Positions 36,773 through 37,831 of a DNA stretch of 37,831 bases are shown here, one piece after another; the stretch's first letter is position 1, and every line of letters starts with the position of its first letter. The DNA is taken from assembly GCA_028280085.1 (NCBI GenBank), contig JANQMK010000380.1, positions 1-37,831 of the forward strand, in the 5' to 3' direction. The DNA is from Pseudomonadales bacterium (GTDB lineage Bacteria; Pseudomonadota; Gammaproteobacteria; Pseudomonadales; JANQMK01). Position numbers and translations under genes: made by a program. The notes under the pieces are model-generated. The model was not told the DNA's origin. It searched no databases and saw only the letters and a list, made by a program, of their open reading frames with translations.

Positions 36773-37831
36773 TTAGTTTGATTGGAGATAATGATTTAAC
36801 TGACGTAGTATTTCATCGAAACGAAAAGGCTTTATTGTGAAACCGTCAACACCTGCTGATATACAAGCATCTTTATCAATAAAAGTGTCTGCTGATAAAG
36901 TGATTATTGGCGTATTTGTGTTAAGGCCTTTAGCTCGGATTTGTTTTGTTGCTTCTATGCCGTCCATTAGCGGCATTTGCCAATCCATATAGATGATATC
37001 GTATTTTTTGTTTTGGCAAGCATCAACTGCATCTATGCCATTTTTCGCCCAGTGATAAGGCAGCTGAATGCTATCAAAGAATTTGGCCAGAATTTTTTGG
37101 TTGATTATGTTGTCTTCAGCAATCAAAACGCAGTGGTTTTGGTAACTGACATTATGTTTCAATGTATGACTAGATTTACTATTTAATGTCTGAGTTGCTA
37201 TTTCTGTTTGATCGAGCGTAATTTCAGAGCCGTTTAATAACAAATTAAATAGCTTGACGGCTCTTTGTAACTTTAGCGGTCTATGCAGCAAGCCAGCATA
37301 TCCGAGCTTGTTGAGTTCGTCGGGCCCAATAGGGAAGCCGGTTGGCAGTAGCGCAATAGCTATTGAACCCAGTGCGTAATTGGATAAAACGGTATCCGAT
37401 GCCATAATGCTATTGGCATTGACAGGGTTAGCGTCGTTTGCCGGCTCAACTTCGATAAAGACGATGGCAGGCATTTTTTCTTTTTCAGTTTGGTCAGGGT
37501 TAATTGCTAAATTTAGCCCTAAACACGATAAGATATTTTCTAGGCCTTTGCGCAGTGTTTCACTCTCTCCCTCGAATACAAAACTAGTTGTTATTTGGTC
37601 TTGATTGTAGGCGATATGCTCCTGTGCATGGTCGGTAGATTTCATTAGCGGAAGTTTACAGGTAAAACGACTGCCCTTACCTAGTTCACTGCTGACGGTG
37701 AGTTCACCACGCATGAGATTACATAATTGCTGACATATGTACAGCCCTAGCCCTGTACCACCATAAATCCGATTAACTGCCGCGTGAGCTTGTGTAAATG
37801 GCGAGAATAACCGCTTTTGTTGCTCTGCTGA
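36773..37831 (-). CDS. C-terminal part of a hybrid histidine kinase (HATPase_c G2 box, receiver-like spacer, canonical receiver). Its 5' end is outside the window.
   Basis: The reading frame is open to the right edge. My translation of 37831-37715 gives ...[31 protein letters not shown] and continues into the track's MRGELTVSSELGKGSRFT. The receiver has VLIAEDNIINQ, YMDWQMPLMDG and TIKPF. It stops 8 nt before the next kinase gene. Confidence 0.9.
   Translation of the reverse strand, partial: SAEQQKRLFSPFTQAHAAVNRIYGGTGLGLYICQQLCNLMRGELTVSSELGKGSRFTCKLPLMKSTDHAQEHIAYNQDQITTSFVFEGESETLRKGLENILSCLGLNLAINPDQTEKEKMPAIVFIEVEPANDANPVNANSIMASDTVLSNYALGSIAIALLPTGFPIGPDELNKLGYAGLLHRPLKLQRAVKLFNLLLNGSEITLDQTEIATQTLNSKSSHTLKHNVSYQNHCVLIAEDNIINQKILAKFFDSIQLPYHWAKNGIDAVDACQNKKYDIIYMDWQMPLMDGIEATKQIRAKGLNTNTPIITLSADTFIDKDACISAGVDGFTIKPFRFDEILRQLNHYLQSN

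Overview
The window looks like chromosomal DNA from an AT-leaning, probably marine gammaproteobacterium; the taxon is inferred from protein resemblance only. Most of it is recognisable. From left to right:

- **1-773:** the start of a Tat-exported molybdoenzyme pair, with the 2Fe-2S small subunit and the N-terminus of the large subunit.
- **813-1627:** about 0.8 kb of AT-rich non-coding DNA containing stacked hairpins.
- **1658-3314:** a visibly GC-richer hipB/hipA toxin-antitoxin module, sitting 46 nt upstream of prfC.
- **5117-9834:** a zwf-pgl-edd-eda Entner-Doudoroff operon.
- **10248-18700:** a long thiamine operon on the minus strand, in the order TPP riboswitch, thiC, thiO, thiS, thiG, yqaA-like, large PLP enzyme, thiD/E fusion.
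- **18987-21241:** a small membrane protein followed by a 2TM K+ channel with two RCK domains.
- **21370-26971:** a truncated hemoglobin, an unlisted 54-aa rubredoxin, a Ycf48-like beta-propeller, an RND/MMPL exporter and an MlaC-like lipid-binding protein.
- **27047-28273:** a SpmA/SpmB-type membrane protein.
- **28324-37831:** a roughly 9.5 kb block on one strand made up only of signalling genes.

The signalling block holds two hybrid histidine kinases, one HAMP kinase with an unusual H-box, two orphan periplasmic binding-protein-like genes, a pseudo-receiver/CheX-like protein and a lone CheY-like receiver.

I found no CRISPR array, rRNA, tRNA, transposase or integrase.

The best candidates for undescribed biology are:
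1. The signalling block, which has no Hpt domain, no output domain and no ABC transporter partners.
2. The 593-aa Cys/Met-family PLP enzyme and the YqaA-like membrane protein embedded in the riboswitch-controlled thi operon, which has no thiF or thiH.
3. The rubredoxin, Ycf48-like, RND and MlaC-like arrangement, which echoes the cyanobacterial rubA-ycf48 linkage in a non-photosynthetic context.

All functional calls rest on motifs I recognised by eye. No database search was run.
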